In this document: positions 44,917-52,988 of the stretch, one piece after another
Position numbering within the stretch: position 1 is the first letter of the stretch
Layout of the letters: the number at the start of each line of letters is the position of its first letter
Virus record (IMG/VR): IMGVR_UViG_3300046777_001138
Coordinates: 1 to 52,988 of that record
Reading direction: 5' to 3' (one strand)
Length of the DNA: 52,988 bases
DNA from: a virus
Taxonomy: Duplodnaviria; Caudoviricetes
Notes under the pieces: model-generated
Databases searched by the model: none
What the model saw: the letters and a program-made list of their open reading frames with translations, nothing else
Told to the model about the DNA's origin: nothing
Position numbers and translations under genes: made by a program

Positions 44917-45081
44917 CTATCGCTTACCATTGGCCAATTCTTCCTTGATGTCTCCAATGGTCTGAAGCGCTTGACGGATAGAACATTTGAGAATGACCAT
45001 TTGGATATCCGATGCGGTCCGATCCTTGATAAGCTTGGCCATTGATTTTCCACCCTTGATATACTCGTGCTGGTTAGTCAT
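44917..45081 (-). CDS. Small hypothetical protein (54 aa, not in ORF track)
   Basis: MTNQHEYIKGGKSMAKLIKD...; purine-rich RBS region and its own promoter. Confidence 0.55.
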   Translation of the reverse strand: MTNQHEYIKGGKSMAKLIKDRTASDIQMVILKCSIRQALQTIGDIKEELANGKR

Positions 45082-45125
45082 CGTCCTACCCTTTCCTAGT
45101 GGTGTTCCCGTTTGGGTATGTTCTC

Positions 45126-45154
45126 AGTATCGGGTATGGGCGATTGTATGTCAA
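45126..45154 (-). promoter_or_regulatory. Sigma70-type promoter (leftward)
   Basis: TTGACA-17 nt-GATACT. Confidence 0.7.
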
Positions 45155-45407
45155 GGGGAAAGTGAAGGAAAAGGGAAAGATTTTTTGGAGGGGCTTGGCA
45201 TCCGATGCCGAAGGGCGCAAATCCTAGCCTACTGCTTACCAGTCACTGTACCATTCCACTAGCACACCCCTTTTCCTCCTCACAATATTCCCTCCCCTAG
45301 TTGCCAGTTGAACACCATACCCCCATATAGTATTATTTTCCGCCCATTTCGTAATACTCCCATACCATCCTAGCCCATAGAATGTTTTCTCGGCGATTTT
45401 CTAAACT

Positions 45408-45452
45408 CTAGTTTCCCTTACCCAATAACGACTTATGGCAATCTTTGAAACA
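45408..45452. repeat. 45-bp dispersed intergenic repeat, copy 1
   Basis: 36/45 identical to 49889-49933; core ATAACGACTTA. Confidence 0.75.
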
Positions 45453-45479
45453 ATCCCGAATATTTTCTAGGGAAAATGC

Positions 45480-45508
45480 TTGACGTGTTCCGATACGTGG
45501 TATATCCT
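45480..45508 (+). promoter_or_regulatory. Sigma70-type early promoter (rightward)
   Basis: TTGACG-17 nt-TATCCT. Confidence 0.65.
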
Positions 45509-45551
45509 AGCCCATGTGAGACGACGAAACCCAAACAAAAGGAAACGGAAC

Positions 45552-45863
45552 ATGACAAGCCAAACGGTTGAAATTCAATACTTGCCCCAACGTATTCACG
45601 ACGGGGCCTATTTTTGGAATAGCCCCGCTAGTGCGGTAGTATCCCCATGGGGGCGGTTTACTAGGGGCCAATCTGCTAGCGGCTATGGTTCCAAAATAAC
45701 TACCGATTACATGGTAGAAATAAATAATCGGCTGTACAGGGTTTACGCTACGTGCTTTTCTAACGTTGCTTCGCACTGGATTACATACAAAGGCACTAAG
45801 TTATTTTTGCCCTGCTGGATTGAAAGGTCTGATTTTAGGCCAATATCGGAACGGGTACGATAG
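45552..45863 (+). CDS. Early hypothetical phage protein
   Basis: GQSASGYGSKITTDYM...RLYRVYATCFSNVAS; first gene after the promoter. Confidence 0.7.
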   Translation: MTSQTVEIQYLPQRIHDGAYFWNSPASAVVSPWGRFTRGQSASGYGSKITTDYMVEINNRLYRVYATCFSNVASHWITYKGTKLFLPCWIERSDFRPISERVR

Positions 45864-45942
45864 TGTCCTATTTCCACCCATGTTGACCTATGGGTGGGTG
45901 TGGTTACACTATGTTTCAAACCTACCCTTTGGAGAATGTAAT

Positions 45943-46197
45943 ATGAAAAGCCAATGGAAATTCTATATCTATGACGTTTGGGGCAATTCTGAAGATGGAT
46001 TTGAAGTTAACAACATATACGGAACCGATAAGCAATACGACATATCGGACGATATTTCCGATAGTGACTTAGTGGCCATGGTATTCGGTAAAGAAGCTAA
46101 TCTAGTGGAAATTGACTCCCACTATTGCGACGAAACCGCCATAGGTTTCAACCGTATATCGGATGGAAAACCGATAGGTGAAATACGGAAAGTTTAG
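45943..46197 (+). CDS. Early acidic hypothetical protein
   Basis: RBS GGAG; YDVWGNSEDGFEVNN. Confidence 0.7.
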   Translation: MKSQWKFYIYDVWGNSEDGFEVNNIYGTDKQYDISDDISDSDLVAMVFGKEANLVEIDSHYCDETAIGFNRISDGKPIGEIRKV

Positions 46198-46230
46198 CCA
46201 CATTACCCAACAGGAAAGGACGATAGGATT

Positions 46231-46605
46231 ATGAAAGCATTACCTAAGGACTCTAACGGCTTTACCCAATACCCTAAGGCAATACGGGAACTATTGGACC
46301 ATGGGGGACAGCCTGAAATGTGGATCGACTTACCCAATCATTCATGGGCAAAATTGTATTGGACCAAATCATCCGGCCAATATGGGCACCAAATGATAAC
46401 GGTGTATTGTAATGGTAAGGATATTGCCACAAACAAAACCAGTGGTTGTGGTTATTCCAAATTAGGGTCAAGTTTGGAGAATCTGTTTAGATTCATTGGA
46501 TCCAAACCAAAGGAATATCAAATGAATTCCGATAGTTTGTACCCTTATCATATTGGTGGAAACTATTACCGAATTAATCAAACCGACTTGGAACCAATAG
46601 CTTAA
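46231..46605 (+). CDS. Early hypothetical protein
   Basis: TSGCGYSK motif; RBS. Confidence 0.7.
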   Translation: MKALPKDSNGFTQYPKAIRELLDHGGQPEMWIDLPNHSWAKLYWTKSSGQYGHQMITVYCNGKDIATNKTSGCGYSKLGSSLENLFRFIGSKPKEYQMNSDSLYPYHIGGNYYRINQTDLEPIA

Positions 46606-46644
46606 CCTATTACCCATTCAGGAACCACTAGGGAGAATACGACC

Positions 46645-46956
46645 ATGCCTTATACGCTAACCTTGACTCACGACGAACGCCAAGCGATTGATTGGGTAGG
46701 CTATCGGTATCCTTGCGGGGATGAGTTCCGTAAACTGCTTACCAATTCTAGGGTATCTTCAGATACTCCTGAGGATATAGAATCCGGAGTAGGCTATTGG
46801 CTATCGGGTTGGGAATCAAATCAAGATATTACCTACTCCATTCCCGAATCAATTGCATGGGGAATAAACGATTTACTCGGCGAACCGGGTAGTATAGCAT
46901 GTTTTGAGCCGTCATTTGTTTCTAAACTTTGGGAATTCATGGAAAGGATAGTGTAA
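46645..46956 (+). CDS. Early hypothetical protein
   Basis: RBS GGAG. Confidence 0.7.
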   Translation: MPYTLTLTHDERQAIDWVGYRYPCGDEFRKLLTNSRVSSDTPEDIESGVGYWLSGWESNQDITYSIPESIAWGINDLLGEPGSIACFEPSFVSKLWEFMERIV

Positions 46957-46958
46957 CT

Positions 46959-47180
46959 ATGCCACAACCAAAAGCATACTGCCCGCAGTACGGGTATAGG
47001 TTCCAGATTCTAGTTAAATGTCCGGACGATAGGACATTTGAGCACTGCGATTATGCAACTACTGGCAAGGAAAAGCATAGGCTATTGGCCGAATACAGGT
47101 TAGCCTATGGTCCGGGGTTTGAGTTTAAATCTGTTCTATTGCCAATGAAATATTGGCCAAAGAAAGTAGCTACCCAATGA
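46959..47180 (+). CDS. Early hypothetical protein
   Basis: FEHCDYA...EYRLAYGPGF. Confidence 0.7.
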   Translation: MPQPKAYCPQYGYRFQILVKCPDDRTFEHCDYATTGKEKHRLLAEYRLAYGPGFEFKSVLLPMKYWPKKVATQ

Positions 47181-47309
47181 AATATCTATTCCTATCTACC
47201 CTCTTTGTTACTAGCATAGGGTGCAAGGGATCCACCCAAACCTATGTAACGGTTTCCTACAATCAAGGCCAGAATTCAGTTTCAATAACCCATATGATAG
47301 GAAGGTGAG

Positions 47310-47507
47310 ATGATGCGTCAGAATGTCCAGATCGACTATATCCTAGCGTATCCGTGGGGTTTTACTGAAACCGCTACCCTATTTCATACCCGTACCTTAA
47401 CAGTAAACGGATTGAAACGGGTACTGAAAAGGTTAGGTTATGACCACAACGCAAAATATGTGGAATCAATTGATTGTCAGGGGAGGATAGCCAATGCTCA
47501 GCCTTAG
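47310..47507 (+). CDS. Small hypothetical protein
   Basis: RBS GGAAGGTG. Confidence 0.55.
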   Translation: MMRQNVQIDYILAYPWGFTETATLFHTRTLTVNGLKRVLKRLGYDHNAKYVESIDCQGRIANAQP

Positions 47508-47656
47508 GCTTTCCATTTACTGTCTGATCCTATCCGTTGCCATACTGGGTAGAATAGTCTGGCAGTTTTCAGATTTTCCTATTTGTCAGGATCCAGTACC
47601 CTCAATAGAACTGGACAGGATATCCGATAGTCCACCCATTGAAAAGGAAGTGAAGA

Positions 47657-47962
47657 ATGATTCTGTATGATGCGCAAACCGATGCGGAAATTGGCTACTA
47701 CTATTGTTCCAAAGTATTGGAAACTAGGCGTTATGGCAAATGCTATTTGCATTCAAAGAACAGGGCAACGGTTACCCTATTGGATGGATCCATTGAAATA
47801 ACTCATGGATCCTGGGGAAGATCCCTGAATTCTGGGGGCCACAAATACAAAGTATGGGCCAACTATTCCGATTCCGGAAAGCCAGTACCAACAAAAATAC
47901 TAGTCACCCTATTGGCCCAATACAAAGTGGATTTGAGCAAGGAAAAAGAAAATGCTAAGTAA
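47657..47962 (+). CDS. Hypothetical protein
   Basis: RBS AAGGA. Confidence 0.65.
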   Translation: MILYDAQTDAEIGYYYCSKVLETRRYGKCYLHSKNRATVTLLDGSIEITHGSWGRSLNSGGHKYKVWANYSDSGKPVPTKILVTLLAQYKVDLSKEKENAK

Positions 47963-48632
47963 GGAATTACAATATTTGAAATGGCAAGACCCTGCCCGAA
48001 TTCGTATCGGTTGGGAATGGTATAATGCCAAGCAATTCCAGGTGCATGATTTGACGGATTATGGAACCTATTCCATAGTTCCTGCCGATAGGGTATTCCC
48101 GTATCTAACCAAAAGATATATCGTCTCCCCTATCGCCTCCGATGGAACCGTATGCGAAGGGTTTACTGGCGACGGGGCTACCCGTATGGAATTGGATAAA
48201 CTGATTACTGGGGAGGATATTCCGCCTCATGGTTGGGATTTTCAACCCAAACCAGTAAACCCAATACCCAAGCCAGAACCAATTGGGGACATTGTTTCCT
48301 CAGCGAAAACATTTGCCAAACGACTAGCGGATTCATCCGGATCGGTTCCTATCGTAGTCCTATTACCCGATGGAAAACCGATGGCCTGTAGTCGGGATGG
48401 TTCCAGACTGTCCAGACTGGACACCGTTAGGCTCAAGATGTTAGTCGCCGACGTTGGCATACCATTACCCGATGGCATCAATGGCGAATGGTGGACCATC
48501 CTGAGACGATATCTTGAGGACTCGGCTCCTCAGTTACTTATGATGATTGACGCTGCCACAGGTCAATCTAAGGGCCTTAGCGTGGGTGGTACTGGCTTGG
48601 ATGGTGGGACTCTTTACATTTGGAGGAAGTGA
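47952..48632 (+). CDS. Hypothetical two-domain protein with Pro linker
   Basis: 226-aa ORF; QPKPVNPIPKPEP linker. Confidence 0.7.
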   Translation: MLSKELQYLKWQDPARIRIGWEWYNAKQFQVHDLTDYGTYSIVPADRVFPYLTKRYIVSPIASDGTVCEGFTGDGATRMELDKLITGEDIPPHGWDFQPKPVNPIPKPEPIGDIVSSAKTFAKRLADSSGSVPIVVLLPDGKPMACSRDGSRLSRLDTVRLKMLVADVGIPLPDGINGEWWTILRRYLEDSAPQLLMMIDAATGQSKGLSVGGTGLDGGTLYIWRK

Positions 48633-48633
48633 T

Positions 48634-48957
48634 ATGTACAGTTTCGAGACTAGCTACGATTTTGAGTACAAAGGCAAGAAGTATGACATATTTTGCGAGA
48701 TAGAATACGACATACAAGGCAAACATTTGCCAGCTACATATTTGGAACCTGAAGAATTCCCAGAAGTTGACAATGTTAAAATAACCGTAGTAGGAATGAA
48801 TTGGTGGAACGAAAATAGCTTAGATTGGGACCCAGTACCAGACGAAGAACTAGGGTACGCTGAGATAGAACATGCGTTTTTATCTCAAGACAATTCCGAA
48901 TTGGAATCAAAGATTGAAGAAGAATGTTGGAATGATGCCAGCGAAAGGAGTTGTTAA
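48634..48957 (+). CDS. Highly acidic small protein
   Basis: RBS GGAGG; about 28 D/E versus 7 K/R in 107 aa. Confidence 0.75.
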   Translation: MYSFETSYDFEYKGKKYDIFCEIEYDIQGKHLPATYLEPEEFPEVDNVKITVVGMNWWNENSLDWDPVPDEELGYAEIEHAFLSQDNSELESKIEEECWNDASERSC

Positions 48958-48958
48958 T

Positions 48959-49381
48959 ATGACCACTAAGAAACGCAAAGAGTACACCTACGATCAGGCC
49001 TTGGAGATGATGAAACAGACACCGGGCTTGATCATGAGTTGGAGTCCATTTCCTAAACACAAAGTTAGCTATGTAGCTAGGTATTGGAATGGTAAGTATC
49101 AGGAGAAAGAAAGGTTAGGGGTTGAATGGTATCCTTGTTGGCCGGATACACCATATGGCTATGGTAAATCAGATCCATGGTGGGTTTACCAAAAGCCTCC
49201 TGCCACTAAGAAACCAAAGCCAGTACCCAAACCAGAACCAGCCCCGGTCCAACCCATCACCCCAAATGACGATCTCATGAACATTTGGACACCTCTTTCC
49301 AATACTCTTCTTGATGCACTAGACGAGTATATCAAAGCTGCTGTAAATGAAATACTTAAGGAGAAGTTCAGTGGAAACTAA
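48959..49381 (+). CDS. Hypothetical protein with one DUF2829/Tad2-like module and Pro linker
   Basis: RBS AAGGAG; YTYDQALEMMKQTPG. Confidence 0.6.
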   Translation: MTTKKRKEYTYDQALEMMKQTPGLIMSWSPFPKHKVSYVARYWNGKYQEKERLGVEWYPCWPDTPYGYGKSDPWWVYQKPPATKKPKPVPKPEPAPVQPITPNDDLMNIWTPLSNTLLDALDEYIKAAVNEILKEKFSGN

Positions 49382-49658
49382 GCAGGATTACAAGATACAC
49401 GCTGAGGTAACAACTGAAACTGTTACCATCTCTATGGGTCGAGACTGGTTTGGATCCCTCTTAGGCATCCTCTACCAAGCCGAGAAGCGGCTGAAAATTC
49501 AACACGCTCACCATGACGAACAAGGCAATGTGAACGAAGCAATCATGCTAAAATGGCAACTTGAAATAGTGGATCAGATGGTAGAACAACTTACGGATCG
49601 TATATTGGATACTGTCCCCAAGAAGAACCTACTACCCAAACAAAAACCAAATGGCTAG
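49371..49658 (+). CDS. Hypothetical protein
   Basis: RBS AAGGAG before GTG 49371. Confidence 0.6.
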   Translation: METKQDYKIHAEVTTETVTISMGRDWFGSLLGILYQAEKRLKIQHAHHDEQGNVNEAIMLKWQLEIVDQMVEQLTDRILDTVPKKNLLPKQKPNG

Positions 49659-49881
49659 ATTTTACAGGCTACTTACCCCTAGGAAAACCATGGACTCTTT
49701 TGAATTGGTATCCGACGACTCGATCACTTGGAAAGTCGTTGGTATCAAGAATGGCATGGAAGTGTGTACCATGGCTTACTGTAACGAATTTACTCAGGCT
49801 CTTGAGTTAATTCAGGAGCTTGGTGGAAACATCGCTAAGGATAGACATTTGCTTCCTCAGCGGTCACAAAGTGACATCTAG
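49651..49881 (+). CDS. Small hypothetical protein
   Basis: Overlaps the upstream stop. Confidence 0.55.
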   Translation: MARFYRLLTPRKTMDSFELVSDDSITWKVVGIKNGMEVCTMAYCNEFTQALELIQELGGNIAKDRHLLPQRSQSDI

Positions 49882-49888
49882 GTAACAA

Positions 49889-49933
49889 CTATTTTCCCTT
49901 GGTACATAACGACTTAGGGAAATCTGTGAAACA
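49889..49933. repeat. 45-bp dispersed intergenic repeat, copy 2
   Basis: 36/45 identical to 45408-45452. Confidence 0.75.
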
Positions 49934-50111
49934 GAGGGTTTGAAGAACCCGATCATTCCCATTAGACAAACAAGTCTAGGAGTGTATACGACGACGACTT
50001 CACTTACTTCATCGCCTTTCGGCGATGTGTGGAGACGAGTAAATCGAGACTAATCGAGATTTACGATGTCGGAACCAATAGACCTACTACCCAAGATTGA
50101 AGGAGATGGCT

Positions 50112-50723
50112 ATGAGTGATGAAGTGAAACTGAGTTGGGAAGAAGCTAGCAAACTGATCGTGGAAAATCCCGGAAGTATTGTCAGGCAACTAAACGAGGA
50201 CATACGCTACTGGTATGAGGGTTCCCAGTTAATGTGGGAAGTTCCAAATCGGGTGAAAGAAGCTACTAGGTGGTGGACATATGAAAAAGAGATTCGGTAT
50301 CTCATCGTTTTTGATACCCGTACCCCATTACCCAACTTAGAACTAGCTACCCTAACCGCTGGGCAGGCTATTGATGCCATGGGGGAGGGGAAGATGGTTA
50401 AGGGTGTAGACGGAGGTATTTTCCGTAAAACACCCGAATCTACCTATGGGTATCAAACATTAGATGTGTCTACCAACGAATGGAGTAGTGCAATAACTAA
50501 CTTCATGTTGGGACTAGGGGCACCATTCACCATCTACGAGGAACCTATTGAACAATGGACTCCTACCAGTATGGAGGAGGCACTACGCCAACGGTTTGTT
50601 GACGGTCGTACCATCAAGATAGTACACCCCAATACAGGCCGAGAGGATATTTATGGAGAGGATGCCAACGCCGTAAGCATCACTAAAGTCCGATGTGATG
50701 CCACATGGTTTGTTAAAAAATAA
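50112..50723 (+). CDS. Three-module protein, DUF2829/Tad2-like family
   Basis: LSWEEASKLI; LTAGQAIDAMGEGKMVK; TSMEEALRQRFVDGRTIK. Confidence 0.65.
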   Translation: MSDEVKLSWEEASKLIVENPGSIVRQLNEDIRYWYEGSQLMWEVPNRVKEATRWWTYEKEIRYLIVFDTRTPLPNLELATLTAGQAIDAMGEGKMVKGVDGGIFRKTPESTYGYQTLDVSTNEWSSAITNFMLGLGAPFTIYEEPIEQWTPTSMEEALRQRFVDGRTIKIVHPNTGREDIYGEDANAVSITKVRCDATWFVKK

Positions 50724-50736
50724 TCCGGATTACCTC

Positions 50737-50794
50737 TTGTTTTCCAGCGAAGTGTCCGATATAGTTTCAACAGAGGGGAGATGTGACTCCCCTC
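50737..50794 (+). promoter_or_regulatory. Promoter candidate followed by a 5' hairpin
   Basis: TTGTTT-17 nt-TATAGT, then GAGGGGAG-ATGTGA-CTCCCCTC. Confidence 0.5.
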
Positions 50795-50810
50795 ATCTAA
50801 CAGGAGTGAA

Positions 50811-51281
50811 GTGATGAACGCAGCAGTGATTAAGGCCGCCAGTAAAGTTCTCGAATCCACCGACACTATCGAGGTCGGTAACCATCATGTCGATTTCATC
50901 GTCTCGATCACCGATAACATCGCTGACGAAACAACCACTCACCACTATCAAGGTACTGTCAGTAAATCGTCTGACCAGATGATCGCAGCTACCGCTACGA
51001 TCCCTTGGCTACAGGTCGTTGGCCGTATGGCTATCGCTCTGGGTGCTACGCAGGACAACACCCTGAAACTGCTCCGGGAATGCATCCTAGGCGCTGTAAA
51101 TGGTGGTCAGGATGTTTCCTCAGCGTTACTCGAACTCGATGTTAGGATCGCTGGTACGGTTGACAAGGTCAAGAAGGAACTGACTGGTAGCCTGCCCAAG
51201 ATTCCTCGTGCAGGTGCTGTCAAGGTTTTAGTCCAAGAATCAGTTGAAGTTGAAACCATGTCTAACTGTGAGGTGAAGTAA
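50811..51281 (+). CDS. Hypothetical protein
   Basis: RBS AGGAG; 156 aa. Confidence 0.75.
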   Translation: MMNAAVIKAASKVLESTDTIEVGNHHVDFIVSITDNIADETTTHHYQGTVSKSSDQMIAATATIPWLQVVGRMAIALGATQDNTLKLLRECILGAVNGGQDVSSALLELDVRIAGTVDKVKKELTGSLPKIPRAGAVKVLVQESVEVETMSNCEVK

Positions 51282-51565
51282 TGACTATTAAATGGAACTA
51301 TTGTACTAATCTTCCTGATGTATTTCCTAATGGCAAAGATTATTTTACCTCTGATCTTGTTTTGGTTTACGCTTTGGAAAAATATTATGGTGATAGGGAC
51401 TTACTTATAGGAACGGTGAGTATCATTAACTCAACCGATGGGACCAACAAAACAAGTTGGTCCTACGATAATGTAGAGTTTGATGATAACTACATCCCAC
51501 TTATGTGGGCACCCTTAAACAAACCTACATTTGAACAACTTGCGTTGTGTAGTCATGGAGAGTGA
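51281..51565 (+). CDS. DUF551-like small protein
   Basis: W...LP...VLV...WAPL pattern. Confidence 0.55.
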   Translation: MTIKWNYCTNLPDVFPNGKDYFTSDLVLVYALEKYYGDRDLLIGTVSIINSTDGTNKTSWSYDNVEFDDNYIPLMWAPLNKPTFEQLALCSHGE

Positions 51566-51685
51566 TGACATGATCCAGTTTGTCAGGAGGATGTTCGTGT
51601 CATTCTCCATTGTGGGATTGTATTTTACTGTCTTGTGTGGTATTTCGTGGATCGTAAGTTGTATGTACGGAAAGAGGGGTGAGTG

Positions 51686-52066
51686 ATGGAAGGGTACAAA
51701 GAGATTACTTGGCAAGAGGCTTGTGAAGTTGAGGATTGGGCTGAATTGCAATACAACGAAGGCGATGGTACATGGGTAGGCAAACACAATGACATTCGCT
51801 CGAATAGTCTGGGATGGATTCAAGATTGCAAATGGCGCATCAAGGTCAAATCTGAAAAGACTTGGTGGGAGAAGGAAGGGCTGAAGAAAGTAGACTGGAA
51901 ACAGGCTTTGCGTTGGTGGTGTAGACAAAACAAAGAAAAGCATCCTGAAATTAAATTTGAAACACCTAGAGGTACTGTGTATGAATGGGTATGGGCAGAA
52001 GGGGATGCAGTTGCTTGTATGCTTGATGATGAAAGAAATACATACTTTATCCCAGCGGAGGCATAG
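51686..52066 (+). CDS. Two-module Trp-rich small protein (same repeat family)
   Basis: YKEITWQEACE; LKKVDWKQALRWW; ends YFIPAEA, compare WYIPAE of 7953. Confidence 0.6.
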   Translation: MEGYKEITWQEACEVEDWAELQYNEGDGTWVGKHNDIRSNSLGWIQDCKWRIKVKSEKTWWEKEGLKKVDWKQALRWWCRQNKEKHPEIKFETPRGTVYEWVWAEGDAVACMLDDERNTYFIPAEA

Positions 52067-52069
52067 CCC

Positions 52070-52636
52070 ATGGATCCCAGTGAACTACCCCACAAACTGA
52101 TTTTCTCCAGTATCAACCGAGCTAACGCTATGCGTGGTAGCTACGCCTTAGTCCTTACCGAGGATGATCACCAGACGCTAGCAACCATGCTGATCGGGAT
52201 GTATTCAAGGAAGTACAACCCGAAACTAGGTAAGCCTAGCACCTTCCTTACCAAGTCTGCTAGGTTAGCTCTCAAGGCTCTAGCCACTACCCGCCAGAGA
52301 AGGTCTAAGCGACCTGCGATGATCCAGCCTGTACTTTATGCGCTGGATAAAGAATCCCGCCCAGAGTCTGAACAGGCAGAATCCTGTATTGAGGATCTGG
52401 ATCGACAGAAGGCTCTACAGTCCGTCAGGGATGCACTGGAGTGGCTGGAACCTAGGAAAGCAGAAGCAATCAGGCTTAGGGACTTTGAGGGTCAACGCTA
52501 CGCAACTATTGCAGCAACCATGGGGTTGAGTAAAGCTAGGGTAGCTGCACTGAGATCGGAAGGGATGGAGGAACTGAAGTTCTTCCTCAGCGGGGCTACT
52601 TGGGACGCACTTGGAGGTGACCCTAATGCTGACTAA
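52070..52636 (+). CDS. Sigma70/ECF-like protein
   Basis: YNPKLGKPSTFL (region 2-like); ALEWLEPRKAEAIRLRDFEGQRYATIAATMGLSKARV (region 4). Confidence 0.8.
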   Translation: MDPSELPHKLIFSSINRANAMRGSYALVLTEDDHQTLATMLIGMYSRKYNPKLGKPSTFLTKSARLALKALATTRQRRSKRPAMIQPVLYALDKESRPESEQAESCIEDLDRQKALQSVRDALEWLEPRKAEAIRLRDFEGQRYATIAATMGLSKARVAALRSEGMEELKFFLSGATWDALGGDPNAD

Positions 52637-52988
52637 CACAGACCGAAAGGAGTTGGAATCAGTCATGCCTGTTGTGTTCAACAGGATGGCTAAGCTAAAG
52701 CCTAAATACAACCTGACAGACGATCAGGCTCAGGACGCTTATGTCAGTCTGGTTGAGCGTTGGATCAAAAGGAAGAACAAAACGGCTTGTAGGCCTACTA
52801 CAGCAGCAGCAAATGCCATTGGCTGGAGTTGCATAGATGTGGTCAGGGTAAAGCCTGAACCTGTAAGGGAGTACCCGTTGGAGAACGACTACGGGTATGA
52901 TGAGAAACCCTACGCTGAGGTTACCCCTGATACTCTCGGCGTGAATAATCTGGAATACACCTTGCTTTTACAGAAAGCACAGGGTAAA
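52626..52988 (+). CDS. N-terminal part of the sigma70/ECF-like protein crossing the origin (continues to 214)
   Basis: RBS GGAGGTG; MLTNTDRKE...DDQAQDAYVSLVERW (region 2.2-like); no stop before the window end. Confidence 0.7.
   Translation, partial: MLTNTDRKELESVMPVVFNRMAKLKPKYNLTDDQAQDAYVSLVERWIKRKNKTACRPTTAAANAIGWSCIDVVRVKPEPVREYPLENDYGYDEKPYAEVTPDTLGVNNLEYTLLLQKAQGK
52862..52988. repeat. Direct terminal repeat, copy 2
   Basis: Identical to 1-127. Confidence 0.95.

Noticed and set aside
44712-45480. CRISPR array or attP/integration module
   Set aside because: No regularly spaced repeats, and no integrase recognised in the genome

Overview
This window is very probably one complete, circularly assembled dsDNA tailed-phage genome. 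Bases 1-127 are identical to 52862-52988, which gives a unique length of about 52,861 bp. It has two opposed transcription blocks. The + strand block (about 42.2 kb through the origin to 20.2 kb) carries many small early genes, five sigma70-like proteins, ThyX, dCTP deaminase, DUF3310, RusA, a CsrA-like protein, an AAA ATPase, a primase-helicase, a family A DNA polymerase and a cassette of Cys-rich tail-tip-like genes. The - strand block (41.8 to 20.2 kb) carries HNH-AP2 endonucleases, terminase, portal, prohead protease, capsid, neck, three tail-tube-like paralogues, a -1 frameshifted tail chaperone, tape measure, tail proteins, and a probable lysis cassette built around a papain-like peptidase. 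I recognised no integrase, repressor, tail sheath or CRISPR array, which fits a lytic siphovirus. A Planctomycetota host is only an inference from gene content. The most unusual observations are: (1) a ~440-nt densely structured non-coding region containing a tRNA cloverleaf with intact stems but non-canonical loops; (2) the array of sigma-like genes plus CsrA; (3) six small modular paralogues resembling DUF2829/Tad2; (4) an inverted tail-tip cassette in which virion-like genes alternate with small unrelated ORFs. All calls come from manual motif reading; no database search was run. Many start codons were adjusted from the ORF track using RBS position and gene overlap.
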